This document shows positions 32,421-41,516 of a stretch of DNA of 64,000 nucleotides, piece after piece; the first letter of the stretch is position 1; each line of letters opens with the position of its first letter. Source of the DNA: Spirochaetia bacterium (GTDB lineage: Bacteria; Spirochaetota; Spirochaetia; CADAEX01); NCBI GenBank assembly GCA_963662795.1, contig OY759746.1:2464001-2528000 (forward strand). The letters run 5' to 3'. Both the position numbers and the translations under genes were made by a program. Below the pieces are notes generated by a model. The model made no database searches. It worked only from the letters and a program-made list of their open reading frames with translations, and was not told the origin of the DNA.

Positions 32421-33695
32421 CATAGGTGTCCAAAACAAGGACTATTAATTGCCTGAAATCCCAACTATAATGAATTAAGCTTGGACGGCTAATTCTTTAC
32501 AGGAAAAGGAAATCAGGCAATGAGTTACAATAATACCATTTTAAAACAAATTCTACAAATAATTCCGAGACATGAATTTGAAAAATCTGTAAAAAAACAT
32601 AAAGGGGACTTTGCTTCCAAAGGTTTTACCTGTTGGCAGCATTTTGTCTCCATGCTCTTTGCACAACTTTCAGGACAGACCGGGTTAAGAGGCATTGAAA
32701 ACTCTTTTGAATCAATCAGTAACCACCTTTATCATATGGGTGTAAAAAAGGTAAAACGCTCTACATTATCTTACGCAAATAATAATAGAAGCTGTGAAGT
32801 TTATGAAAATGTTTTCACTGATCTTCTTGATAAGATATTATCCATGAAGAGAGCGCATAAACATAAATTTAAAAATCCTCTTTACAGTGTTGATGCATCA
32901 ACTATTGACTTGTGTTTAAATCTCTTTCCATGGGCAAATTTCAGAAAATATAAAGGCGGAATAAAACTTAATGTAAAACTTGACCATAGTGGATATATTC
33001 CAGCTTTTGTATCAGTTACAACTGCAAAAACACATGAAGTCAATTCCTTGAAAAAAATGGCTTTCAACAAAGGCGATGTCATCACGTTTGATCGTGGTTA
33101 TACTGACTTTAAATTATTCGCAAATTATTGTAATACCGGTATTTATTTTGTTACCAGGTTAAAAAAGAATGCTGATTATAAAATTGTCCAGAGAAAAGAT
33201 ACCTCCTCCTTTAAAAATATTACATCTGATCAGATCATAGAAATGAAAGGATTTTACACCAGTAAAAAATGCCCGTTAAAATTAAGACGAATCAGAAGCA
33301 GAGATCCTGAAACCGGTAAATATATTGTAATTCTTACCAATAATTTCCTTTGGTCTCCAACAACAATTGCTGCTGTTTACAAAGACAGATGGCAGATTGA
33401 AATATTTTTTAAAACTATCAAACAGAACCTCAAGATCAAGAAATTCTTTGGTACTTCCAGAAATGCTGTAATGACACAAATCTGGATTGCCCTAATTGCT
33501 TTTCTGTTACTTCAGTTCCTTAAAATGTTTTCATGTAGAAAATGGACTCATTTTTCACTGATGAAATTGATTCCTGTAATACTGACATCAAGAAAAGATA
33601 TCTGGACTGTTCTCAATAAACCGCCTTCAGAACAGACTAAAAAAACTAGTTTCAATCTTCAACTGGAGCTGTTATGATTGTTTTGGACACCTATG
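32421..33695 (+). mobile_element. IS4-family element, 1275 bp, with 9-bp target-site duplication
   Basis: Perfect 18-bp IR CATAGGTGTCCAAAACAA / TTGTTTTGGACACCTATG; ATATGAAAT at 32412-32420 and 33696-33704. Confidence 0.97.
32520..33677 (+). CDS. IS4-family transposase (intact)
   Basis: Paralogue of 9363-10520; DASTIDL, FDRGY, YKDRWQIEIFFK. Confidence 0.95.
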   Translation: MSYNNTILKQILQIIPRHEFEKSVKKHKGDFASKGFTCWQHFVSMLFAQLSGQTGLRGIENSFESISNHLYHMGVKKVKRSTLSYANNNRSCEVYENVFTDLLDKILSMKRAHKHKFKNPLYSVDASTIDLCLNLFPWANFRKYKGGIKLNVKLDHSGYIPAFVSVTTAKTHEVNSLKKMAFNKGDVITFDRGYTDFKLFANYCNTGIYFVTRLKKNADYKIVQRKDTSSFKNITSDQIIEMKGFYTSKKCPLKLRRIRSRDPETGKYIVILTNNFLWSPTTIAAVYKDRWQIEIFFKTIKQNLKIKKFFGTSRNAVMTQIWIALIAFLLLQFLKMFSCRKWTHFSLMKLIPVILTSRKDIWTVLNKPPSEQTKKTSFNLQLELL

Positions 33696-34266
33696 ATATG
33701 AAATAGTGAAAAAAATTATAGACAAGAGTGAGTTCAACGGATCAATAAAACCGGCGCCATTTAACTCCGGTTACTTTATGTGCTTTGAATTAATTGGAAA
33801 AAGTGCTGAAAATATTAGAAAACATCTTTTAAACGAGTATGGAATCGGGGTGATTTCATTTAAAGACAAATACTTGAGAGTCGCTTATTCCTGTATTGAT
33901 AAATGTGATATAGAAAATTTGATTACTACAATAATCAAAACAGCAGAGGAAATAGAATGATCTTTCCTGTGCTGGTACAATATCGGGACAATTTCTGGAG
34001 ACGGAAAATTGTTGTCAATATAAATCAAATAATATATGTCGCAGTGTATAAAAGCTTACTCACTTTTTTAAGTATATCTATCGGCATAAATAAGCACGAG
34101 TTAAAAATACATAATCCATATATTGATCCCGGTATTTCCAGACTTGAACAGCCGAATGGTTTGTTTAAAAGAAAATAAACAGGAGGGGTGACTAAAAAAC
34201 TTATAAGAAATGTGAAACATGAATGTTTCAGGAAACACAGAAAATATTATTTTATAAGGAGATAAT

Positions 34267-35550
34267 ATGAAAAAGAAAAAAAGTATAGCAACAATTATTA
34301 TGCTGGCAATGTTGGCTGGTATCATCGTAGGTATCATTTTAAATGGGTTTGCTGATACGCCTTTTGTAAAGACAGTTCTGACTGGTTTTATTTTTAAATT
34401 GGGGGGCATGGGTTTTACCTATATGATTTCAATGATAGTTGTTCCAATTGTTTTATTTTCTTTGATAGTTGGAACTTCCGATATGGGAGATGTTGTCAGA
34501 CTTGGTAGAATTGGGACAAAAACAATTGGTTGGTATCTGACGACAACTACGGTTGCTATTATTATTGGTTTAACCATATCTTTAATGATTAAACCTGGAC
34601 TAGGATTCGATTTGACCAATTATGCACAAACAATTGAGTCTTACAAAGCGAAAAGTGGATCGCCTGCATTGGTAGACGTTCTTTTAAACATTATTCCCAA
34701 GAACCCATTTAAGGCTTTATCTGAAGGGGTGATGCTTCAAGTTATCTTTTTTGCAATGATGATAGGCACAGCATTAACTATTCTTGGAGAAAAAACATCA
34801 AGTATAAGGAAAGTATTTGTAGAGGGGAATGAAGTGGTTATGCAGATTGTATGGATCGTTATGAAAGCTGCTCCATTTGGCGTATTCTGCCTAACTGCTG
34901 ATACATTTACAAGACTTGGAATTGCTGCGTTTAAACCTTTGGCGATTTATATGATCACTGTTGTCATTGCTCTGTTTATCCACGCTATTGTGGTATATGG
35001 ATCCTTACTCACTGCAGTGGCTAAGCTGAATCCTATTCAGTTTCTTAAGAATTTTGCTCCCGCCATTTCTGTTGCCTTTTCTACTGCAAGCAGTAATGCC
35101 ACCTTACCAGTGGCCCTTGACTCTGTAACCAACAGGTGTGGTGTTCACAAGGATATCAGTTCTTTCACTATTCCGCTTGGTGCTACAATAAATATGGATG
35201 GGTCAGCTATTTCCATGAGCTGCCAGGCCCTTTTTCTCGCTCAAGCCTACGGTATTGAACTTACTGTTCTTCAACTTGCAATGATAGTTGTAACTGCTAC
35301 ACTGGCGTCCATAGGTAATGCAGGGGTTCCTTCAGCGTCTCTAATACTCTTATCTGCGATTCTCATGCAGATTGGGGTTCCTGTTGAAGCTGTTGGTATT
35401 CTCCTAGGTGTTGACAGAATCCTTAGTATGACTAGAACAACAATAAATGTTTCTGGTGATGCAATAGTTTCAATAATTGTTGCAAAATCAGAAGGCTTGT
35501 TTGATATTGATATTTTTAAAAAGAAAAATGTAATTAAAGAGGCAGTATAA
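34267..35550 (+). CDS. Dicarboxylate/amino acid:cation symporter (DAACS/GltP family)
   Basis: IIPKNPF, AFSTASSNATLP, PLGATINMDGS, ASIG.AGVP, GVDRILSMTRT..NVSGD. Confidence 0.95.
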   Translation: MKKKKSIATIIMLAMLAGIIVGIILNGFADTPFVKTVLTGFIFKLGGMGFTYMISMIVVPIVLFSLIVGTSDMGDVVRLGRIGTKTIGWYLTTTTVAIIIGLTISLMIKPGLGFDLTNYAQTIESYKAKSGSPALVDVLLNIIPKNPFKALSEGVMLQVIFFAMMIGTALTILGEKTSSIRKVFVEGNEVVMQIVWIVMKAAPFGVFCLTADTFTRLGIAAFKPLAIYMITVVIALFIHAIVVYGSLLTAVAKLNPIQFLKNFAPAISVAFSTASSNATLPVALDSVTNRCGVHKDISSFTIPLGATINMDGSAISMSCQALFLAQAYGIELTVLQLAMIVVTATLASIGNAGVPSASLILLSAILMQIGVPVEAVGILLGVDRILSMTRTTINVSGDAIVSIIVAKSEGLFDIDIFKKKNVIKEAV

Positions 35551-35714
35551 AAATACAGGTTAAATAGCTTGTAATCACTGTAAATAATCAACTGGTTTAT
35601 TATAAATACATTCATTATAAACCAGTTTTTTAAAAAGATTTCGAAGTCCGTATTGTAATATTTTCTACTAATAACGCTATTGAGAATAAATGACAAAAAA
35701 TATAAATTAAGTTC

Positions 35715-35749
35715 AACGGGCAGAACGGATAGGGTTTTGCCCGTTTTTT
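35715..35749 (+). terminator. Intrinsic terminator after the symporter
   Basis: AACGGGCAGAAC-loop-GTTTTGCCCGTT followed by TTTT. Confidence 0.8.
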
Positions 35750-36582
35750 ATCCAAGCTTTTTATATTCAATAATATTACTTTTATCTGAATATGTCTCAT
35801 CAATTTTTTCTGCGATAATACTTAGATTTTCCGGTGTTATATGAGTATAGATAGCCTGTGTACCCTTATTCCCAGGTATTTCTTCACATATAACTCAGAG
35901 CAGCCTGCGAGCAGGAGATTGGTATTCAGGGAATGCCGGAAGCTCTGAGGAGTAAGGTTTCTCTCTAAATAATTGATCTTCAAATTTTCGATTGCTTTTA
36001 TAAAATTTTTTCTCCACCATGTTTCTCCCAGGTGTAATCCTTTAATATTAAAAACATAGTTACCTGCTTTTTTCCATGCCCTGTCTATTGTGCAGTATTT
36101 CCCCTGTATCTGTTCCCATTAAAGAGCAAGAATTTCTGACGCCTTACGTCTGGTAAAGGCTGCGAATCTGAATATCTGATATGCAAGTAAAGCAGTCCAT
36201 TTTTTGTAATCAGTCAGGTCCGCAAATCAATGATATGGCCTCTTTTATATCTCTTAACAGCATATCAGCAAATTTGCCGGTATAAACGTACTTTGAAATC
36301 CACCTGTTCAATTTTTCAACATATCCCTGGCTATAGTTCGTTCCTTCCATGGATAGTCTTGGTCTTCTGGGACTGGTTTCATATTTAAGATATTTAGCTG
36401 AGTAATTACGAAAAGTTACAGATGAATAAGTGGTAAGAGAATCAATAAAATCCTTTATAACTCTTTTTCCTCACCAATTTTTGAAGTTCCGCAGGATTTT
36501 AATTTTCTTTTCCCGGTTAGCTGATCTTCATAGTTAAAGAACAGTGTTCCATAACCTTTCTTTTGAATGGATCAGGATACAC
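35748..36582 (-). pseudogene. Tyrosine recombinase/phage integrase pseudogene
   Basis: Manual translation: FAAFTRRKASEILAL*WEQI (box I), LTPQSFRHSLNTNLLLAG...YLG and TQAIYTH (box II); AGGAGG + GTG at 36582; multiple stops and frameshifts; absent from the ORF track. Confidence 0.85.
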
Positions 36583-36675
36583 TTTTTTACCTCCTGATAT
36601 CTATTTGCTATGCATTCGCTGACAAATAACGTCGATAAAAAAGTGTAAATCCTTATCTTGTAATAAAATATTTAT

Positions 36676-36749
36676 TATCCCGGACGCGAATCGAACGCAT
36701 GACCTGTTGCTTAGGAGGCAACCGCTCTATCCTACTGAGCTACCGGGAC
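36676..36749 (-). tRNA. tRNA-Arg (anticodon CCT), no encoded CCA
   Basis: GTCCCGGTAGCTCAGTAGGATAGAGCGGTTGCCTCCTAAGCAACAGGTCATGCGTTCGATTCGCGTCCGGGATA folds as a cloverleaf. Confidence 0.97.
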
Positions 36750-36820
36750 ACTTGATAGTGTTATACTATAATGAATTACCCTGAGTGTCAATTAATTGAC
36801 ATCAAATATTGCGGATACTG

Positions 36821-36857
36821 AAAAAAAGGGGAGACCGCTGAAAGCAGCTTCCCCCCT
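36821..36857 (-). terminator. Intrinsic terminator of the glutamine synthetase gene
   Basis: GGGGAAGCTGCT-TTC-AGCGGTCTCCCC followed by TTTTTT on the minus strand. Confidence 0.8.
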
Positions 36858-36881
36858 AATGTTTTTATAGATAATAAAAAG

Positions 36882-39011
36882 TTAAATCTTGAAAAGAAGG
36901 TCAACATAGGTCGGGAATGGCCAATCCTCTTTCCCTGTCATTTTTTCGAGTGTATCTGCATATAATCTTACCCTGCTCATTAAAGGGAATACCTTTTCAT
37001 GATACGTTTTTGCCTGTGAAAGATGATCTTCAACAGATTTGGCATTTAAGAGTTCTTTTGCAAGCAGATCTGTGCTGTATTTAAGTTCCTCAAAATTCTT
37101 CATCATCTGCTCAAGCATTTCCCTCTGTTCGCTTATCCCGTTTTTAATGCCGGCAGCAGTCATGGAGTTTATAATATCTGCACATTTTCCGGTATATTTA
37201 AGTACGGCAGGGAAAATTTCAAGTCTTACCATATCTATCATTACGCCGGCTTCAATATTTATCTGTTTGCTGTATTTTTCAAGATATATAGTATACCGCG
37301 ACTCAAGTTCTTCCCTGGTCATTATGCTGTATTTTGTAAAAAGTTTTATTGAAGATTCACTGAAAAGCGCCGGTATTGACTCAACGGTTGACTTTATATT
37401 GGGAAGGCCCCTTTTTTCAGCTTCTTTTAACCATTCTTCCGCATATCCGTTGCCGTTGAAAATTATTTTTTTATGGTTTTTGTAAGTCCGTGCGACAATC
37501 TCTTTTATTGTGCCTGTAATATCCTTTGAGTTTTCAAGCTCTGATGCAAATTCAGACAGCACATCAGCAACTACTGCGTTAAGGACTGTATTCGGCATTG
37601 AGATTGAGCCGGAGGAAGGGACCATCCTGAATTCAAACTTGTTGCCTGTAAAAGCAAACGGGGAGGTCCTGTTTCTGTCTGTTGAGTCCTTTGGAAGCTT
37701 TGGAAGCGAGTTTACTCCAAGTTCGAGGTAATTTCCGTTTGTTGATTTTACCGGCTTGTTTTCAGAGAGCTTCTCCAGAATATCGCTGAGTTCAGAACCC
37801 AGGAATATTGAGATAATCGCAGGAGGAGCTTCATTTGCGCCCAGCCTGTGGTCATTTCCTGTATTGCTTGCGGACCACCTCAAAAGCGGAGCATATATGT
37901 CTACGGCCCTGATAATGGCAGAGAGGAATATGAGAAACTGTATATTCTGATGCGGGCTGTCGCCAGGGTCAAGCAGGTTTATCCCGTCATCTGTGCTTAA
38001 TGACCAGTTATTGTGCTTGCCTGATCCGTTAACGCCGGCAAAAGGTTTTTCATGCAGGAGCGCTACAAGATTATGTCTGTTCGCGACTTTCTGGATTACC
38101 TCCATGGTGAGCTGATTATGGTCGGTTGCTACATTTACAGTTGTAAAGATCGGCGCTATCTCAAACTGATTTGGAGCAACTTCGTTGTGCTGTGTTTTTG
38201 CGGAAATGCCAAGTCTCCAGAGTTCATAGTTTAGCTCTCTCATAAAGTCTGCAACGCGGAGCTTGAGCGGACCAAAATAATGGTCCTCCATTTCCTGCCC
38301 TTTTGCCGGCATGGCGCCGAATAGAGTTCTGCCTGTAAGGAAAAGATCCATCCTTTTGTCGAAAAATGATTTATCCACAAGAAAATATTCCTGTTCAGCT
38401 CCGGCTGTCGGGATAACCTTTTCCGATGTTGTGTTTCCAAGAATCCGGACAACACGCATGGCTTCCCTGTTTATGACTTCCATTGATTTAAGGAGCGGGA
38501 CTTTCTTGTCAAGAGCTTCGCCTGTATAGGCAAAAAAAGCTGTTGGAATTTTAAGTGTTACACCTGTGTTGTCATTCATGAGGAATGCGGGTGATGTTGT
38601 ATCCCATGCTGTATAGCCTCTGGCCTCAAATGTCGCCCTGAGTCCTCCGCTTGGAAAAGATGAGGCATCAGGTTCTCCCTTTATGAGTTCCTTGCCTGAA
38701 AATTCAAGTATAACTTTTCCATCCGCTGTGGGTGATATAAAAGAGTCGTGTTTTTCTGCCGTTAAACCAGTCATGGGCTGAAACCAGTGTGTGTAGTGTG
38801 TTGCTCCCTTTTCAATAGCCCAGTCTTTCATTGTGCTTGCAACTACTTCCGCAACTTCGAGAGAGAGCGTCTTGTTCCCTTTCTGTACTTCCTTGAGCTC
38901 CCTGTAAATGCTTTTGGGCAGTCTTGTCCGCATTACTGCATCGTTAAAACAGTTTTCCCCGTATACTTCGCTTAACGGGGTTTTGATGAAATCAATAGTT
39001 TTTTCTTCCAT
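36882..39011 (-). CDS. glnA: Glutamine synthetase type III
   Basis: 709 aa; HYTHWFQP.TG.TAEKHDSF, EPDASSFPSGGLR.TFEARGY, HEKPFAGVNGSGKHNNWS, DRNRTSPFAFTGNKFEFR. Confidence 0.97.
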   Translation of the reverse strand: MEEKTIDFIKTPLSEVYGENCFNDAVMRTRLPKSIYRELKEVQKGNKTLSLEVAEVVASTMKDWAIEKGATHYTHWFQPMTGLTAEKHDSFISPTADGKVILEFSGKELIKGEPDASSFPSGGLRATFEARGYTAWDTTSPAFLMNDNTGVTLKIPTAFFAYTGEALDKKVPLLKSMEVINREAMRVVRILGNTTSEKVIPTAGAEQEYFLVDKSFFDKRMDLFLTGRTLFGAMPAKGQEMEDHYFGPLKLRVADFMRELNYELWRLGISAKTQHNEVAPNQFEIAPIFTTVNVATDHNQLTMEVIQKVANRHNLVALLHEKPFAGVNGSGKHNNWSLSTDDGINLLDPGDSPHQNIQFLIFLSAIIRAVDIYAPLLRWSASNTGNDHRLGANEAPPAIISIFLGSELSDILEKLSENKPVKSTNGNYLELGVNSLPKLPKDSTDRNRTSPFAFTGNKFEFRMVPSSGSISMPNTVLNAVVADVLSEFASELENSKDITGTIKEIVARTYKNHKKIIFNGNGYAEEWLKEAEKRGLPNIKSTVESIPALFSESSIKLFTKYSIMTREELESRYTIYLEKYSKQINIEAGVMIDMVRLEIFPAVLKYTGKCADIINSMTAAGIKNGISEQREMLEQMMKNFEELKYSTDLLAKELLNAKSVEDHLSQAKTYHEKVFPLMSRVRLYADTLEKMTGKEDWPFPTYVDLLFKI

Positions 39012-39056
39012 AAGTTATAAAAATGACCTCCAGTCAGATTGTTCTGCTATATATAA

Positions 39057-39072
39057 TGCAAAAAACGTGCCA
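39057..39072 (-). promoter_or_regulatory. Sigma54 (-24/-12) promoter of glnA
   Basis: TGGCAC-GTTTT-TTGCA, a perfect consensus match about 45 bp upstream of the ATG. Confidence 0.92.
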
Positions 39073-39181
39073 TGATTGCAATAGATAGGTAATGTTGATA
39101 TAAGTTGTTGTAAAACAAGCAGATGCTGCTGATCAATATATTAGTTTTACCGTTTTAATTAAAACTTAAATCCTGTAAAAA

Positions 39182-39222
39182 TACATTATTGTAGAAAAAT
39201 GGCATGAATATACATGAATGTA
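39182..39222. promoter_or_regulatory. Tandem TACA-N4-TGTA palindromes, putative enhancer (UAS)
   Basis: TACATTATTGTA (39182-39193) and TACATGAATGTA (39211-39222), 110-150 bp upstream of the sigma54 promoter. Confidence 0.6.
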
Positions 39223-40779
39223 TTATTTTTCACGGGTGAGTGTTTTCGGGTTTATACCGAATTTGCTTTTTCTTAAGCCCATTATCCTCTCGCTGATGCC
39301 CAGCATTTTTGCCGCTTTGGTCATATTTCCATGACTTGATTTAAGTGCGTCGAGGATCATTTCCTTCTCAAGTTCATCAACCGCCTGCTGAAGCGTATTG
39401 TGGATTTCAGTTCCGGTAGATTCAGCGCTCTGCAGACTCGGAGGAAGGTGATTGCCGTGGATAACATCATCCGTACTTATAAGGACTGCCCTTTCAATGC
39501 AGTTTTCAAGCTCCCTCACATTCCCGGGCCAGTGGTAGCTTGTAAGGAGCTGTATCGCGGGAGTTGATATCCTTTTTATGTCCTTGTTGTTTTTTTTGCT
39601 GTATTTTTCTGTAAAATAGTCTGCAAGAAGCATTATATCGCTTTTCCTCGATCTTAAAGGAGGTACGTGTACCGGGAAAACATTCAGCCTGTAATAAAGG
39701 TCTTCCCTGAATTTCCCCTCAGTGAGGAGCTGTTCAAGATCCCTGTTTGTCGCCGCAATAATCCTTACACTGGTTTTTATTGTCTCATTTCCTCCGACCC
39801 TTTCAAATTCTTTTTCCTGAAGAATTCTCAGAAGTTTTACCTGTGTTGTAGGGGAGAGGTCTCCGATTTCATCCAGGAATATTGTTCCCCCGTCAGCAAG
39901 CTCAAAGCGTCCCTTTCTTGTAGAAAGGGCTCCTGTAAAAGCACCTTTTTCGTGGCCGAACAGCTCGCTTTCTATAATTGTTTCCGGCAGAGCCGCGCAG
40001 TTTACCTTTATCAGAGGCATATCAGAGCGTTTACTGTTGTAATGGATCGCGTTTGCTATAAGTTCTTTCCCTGTACCGCTTTCTCCCCTTATAAGAACAG
40101 TAGCCTCGCTCCCCGAAACCTGTGCAATAAGGTCAAAGACTTCCTGCATTGCGGTAGAACTTCCTATTATGTTCTTGGGCTTGAATTTATTCTTAAGCGC
40201 GTTCTGGAGTCTTTCGTTTTCATGTTTGAGCTTTTCCTGTTCTTCCTGGTATGTTCTCCTGAGTTCGGCGGCGAGGGCTATCATTGAACCGATTATGGAA
40301 AGAAGTTTTGCGTCCTCTTCAATGCTGAACCCTTCTGAGGTTTGTCTCTGGCAGCTTATCGTTCCTATGGTTTCTGTCCCTATTTTCACGGGAATACAGA
40401 TAAAAGACTGATTTTTCCATTTTTTCCTTGATTCTGTTTTGTCCAGAAAAAGAGGATTGCCCGAGACATTTTCGATTGTAATCGGCTCTCCCGTCTCAAT
40501 AACTTTACCTGTTATTCCTTCTCCTACCTTGTATTTTATTTTTTCCGCAAAAACTTCACTGATTCCGTATGATGCTTCGATTGATATTTCCCTTGAATGC
40601 CTGTTAAGCAGTGTTATGGCTCCCTGAAGCATCTCCATCGACTGGACAGTGTGCTTTATTATGGGAGAAAGGGCCGTCTGCATGTTTTCGCTTTTCTGCA
40701 GGATCTGGCTTATATCAAAAAGCAGGGAAAGTTCCTGAATTTTACGTCTGTAATGTTTCGAAGGAATTGAATCTGGCAT
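39223..40779 (-). CDS. Sigma54-dependent activator, GAF-AAA+-HTH (NifA-like architecture)
   Basis: [50 protein letters not shown], Fis-type HTH; start placed at ATG 40779 (ORF track extends to 40839). Confidence 0.93.
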   Translation of the reverse strand: MPDSIPSKHYRRKIQELSLLFDISQILQKSENMQTALSPIIKHTVQSMEMLQGAITLLNRHSREISIEASYGISEVFAEKIKYKVGEGITGKVIETGEPITIENVSGNPLFLDKTESRKKWKNQSFICIPVKIGTETIGTISCQRQTSEGFSIEEDAKLLSIIGSMIALAAELRRTYQEEQEKLKHENERLQNALKNKFKPKNIIGSSTAMQEVFDLIAQVSGSEATVLIRGESGTGKELIANAIHYNSKRSDMPLIKVNCAALPETIIESELFGHEKGAFTGALSTRKGRFELADGGTIFLDEIGDLSPTTQVKLLRILQEKEFERVGGNETIKTSVRIIAATNRDLEQLLTEGKFREDLYYRLNVFPVHVPPLRSRKSDIMLLADYFTEKYSKKNNKDIKRISTPAIQLLTSYHWPGNVRELENCIERAVLISTDDVIHGNHLPPSLQSAESTGTEIHNTLQQAVDELEKEMILDALKSSHGNMTKAAKMLGISERIMGLRKSKFGINPKTLTREK

Positions 40780-40786
40780 GGAATAT

Positions 40787-40815
40787 ATGCTACAAATTTG
40801 TAGGTGAAATTTCAA
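40787..40815 (-). promoter_or_regulatory. Putative sigma70 promoter of the activator with embedded CTACAAATTTGTAG palindrome
   Basis: TTGAAA-17 bp-TAGCAT, followed 7 nt later by the ATG; palindrome at 40790-40803. Confidence 0.55.
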
Positions 40816-40865
40816 GCTGATTTTAGTGCGGATTAGCATTAAATAAATTAACTTACAGGATTATT

Positions 40866-41516
40866 ATGATAAAAAACAAACTTGTTATTTTTGATTACGA
40901 CGGGGTGATTGCCGATTCTCTTTCTTTATGGATAAATGCATTTGCGGATGCCGGTGTTATCAACAATATTCCCTACAGGCTTACAAAAAAAGAGATAAGC
41001 CGGCTTGAGCATATTACATTCGGATCTATTTTAAGCCAGGCAGGCCTGGATAAGCATGAATCTGTTTCAAAGTATGTCCAGGATATAATAGCCATATTTG
41101 ATAAAAAAACTGACGATGTAAAATTTTTTCCCGGAATTGGAATGCTGATGGAAAATCTTCACAATGCCGGAAATATAATCTGCATAAACACTGCGAATAA
41201 TTCTGCGGTAGTCAGAAAAAGACTTGAGTCAGAAGGACTGATCTCTTTTGTCTCGGATATTGCGGGAGGAGACCACGAAGGGAGCAAGTCGGATAAGATA
41301 CTTCTTTTTCTGGCTAATTACGGGTTTGATAAAAAGAATGCTTTCATGATCGGGGATTCGCTCGGAGACATTACAGAGGGGAAGAAAGCCGGTGTCAAAA
41401 CAGTTGCGGCAGGCTACGGCTGGCAGGAATCTGAAAAACTTATGTCGGGGCAACCTGATTTTTTCTGCAGTACGCCGGAAGATCTTGGATCATTGTTTTT
41501 ATCAGATGTCTGCTGA
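40866..41516 (+). CDS. HAD-family phosphatase (phosphoglycolate phosphatase-like)
   Basis: IFDYDGVIADS, MIGDSLGDI.EGKKAG, GYGW. Confidence 0.88.
   Translation: MIKNKLVIFDYDGVIADSLSLWINAFADAGVINNIPYRLTKKEISRLEHITFGSILSQAGLDKHESVSKYVQDIIAIFDKKTDDVKFFPGIGMLMENLHNAGNIICINTANNSAVVRKRLESEGLISFVSDIAGGDHEGSKSDKILLFLANYGFDKKNAFMIGDSLGDITEGKKAGVKTVAAGYGWQESEKLMSGQPDFFCSTPEDLGSLFLSDVC

Larger units (their letters stand above)
31387..33960 (+). pseudogene. Aminotransferase class I/II copy 2, split by IS4 (parts 31387-32420 and 33696-33960)
   Basis: Removing the IS and one copy of the 9-bp duplication restores ...KKRYEIVKKIIDK...PFNSGYFMC...LRVAY, colinear with copy 1. Confidence 0.93.

Noticed and set aside
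33706-33960. Independent 84-aa gene
   Set aside because: It is the C-terminal part of the IS-split aminotransferase
33957-34178. 73-aa ORF between the aminotransferase and the symporter
   Set aside because: Its start overlaps the upstream stop, but it has no recognisable motif and cannot be supported as a gene from sequence alone
29125-35550. Phosphonate natural-product or phosphonolipid biosynthetic cluster
   Set aside because: No decarboxylase, ATP-grasp ligase, cytidylyltransferase or exporter; the transporter family is an importer. Free phosphonoalanine synthesis cannot be fully excluded, so it is only down-weighted
35748-36582. Integron integrase serving the attC-like sites
   Set aside because: The remnant has a phage-type N-terminus and tRNA-adjacent position, and no IntI-specific insertion is recognisable
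39223-40779. Calling the activator nifA and inferring nitrogen fixation
   Set aside because: Same domain architecture, but no nif genes in the window and no TGT-N10-ACA site found upstream of the adjacent sigma54 promoter
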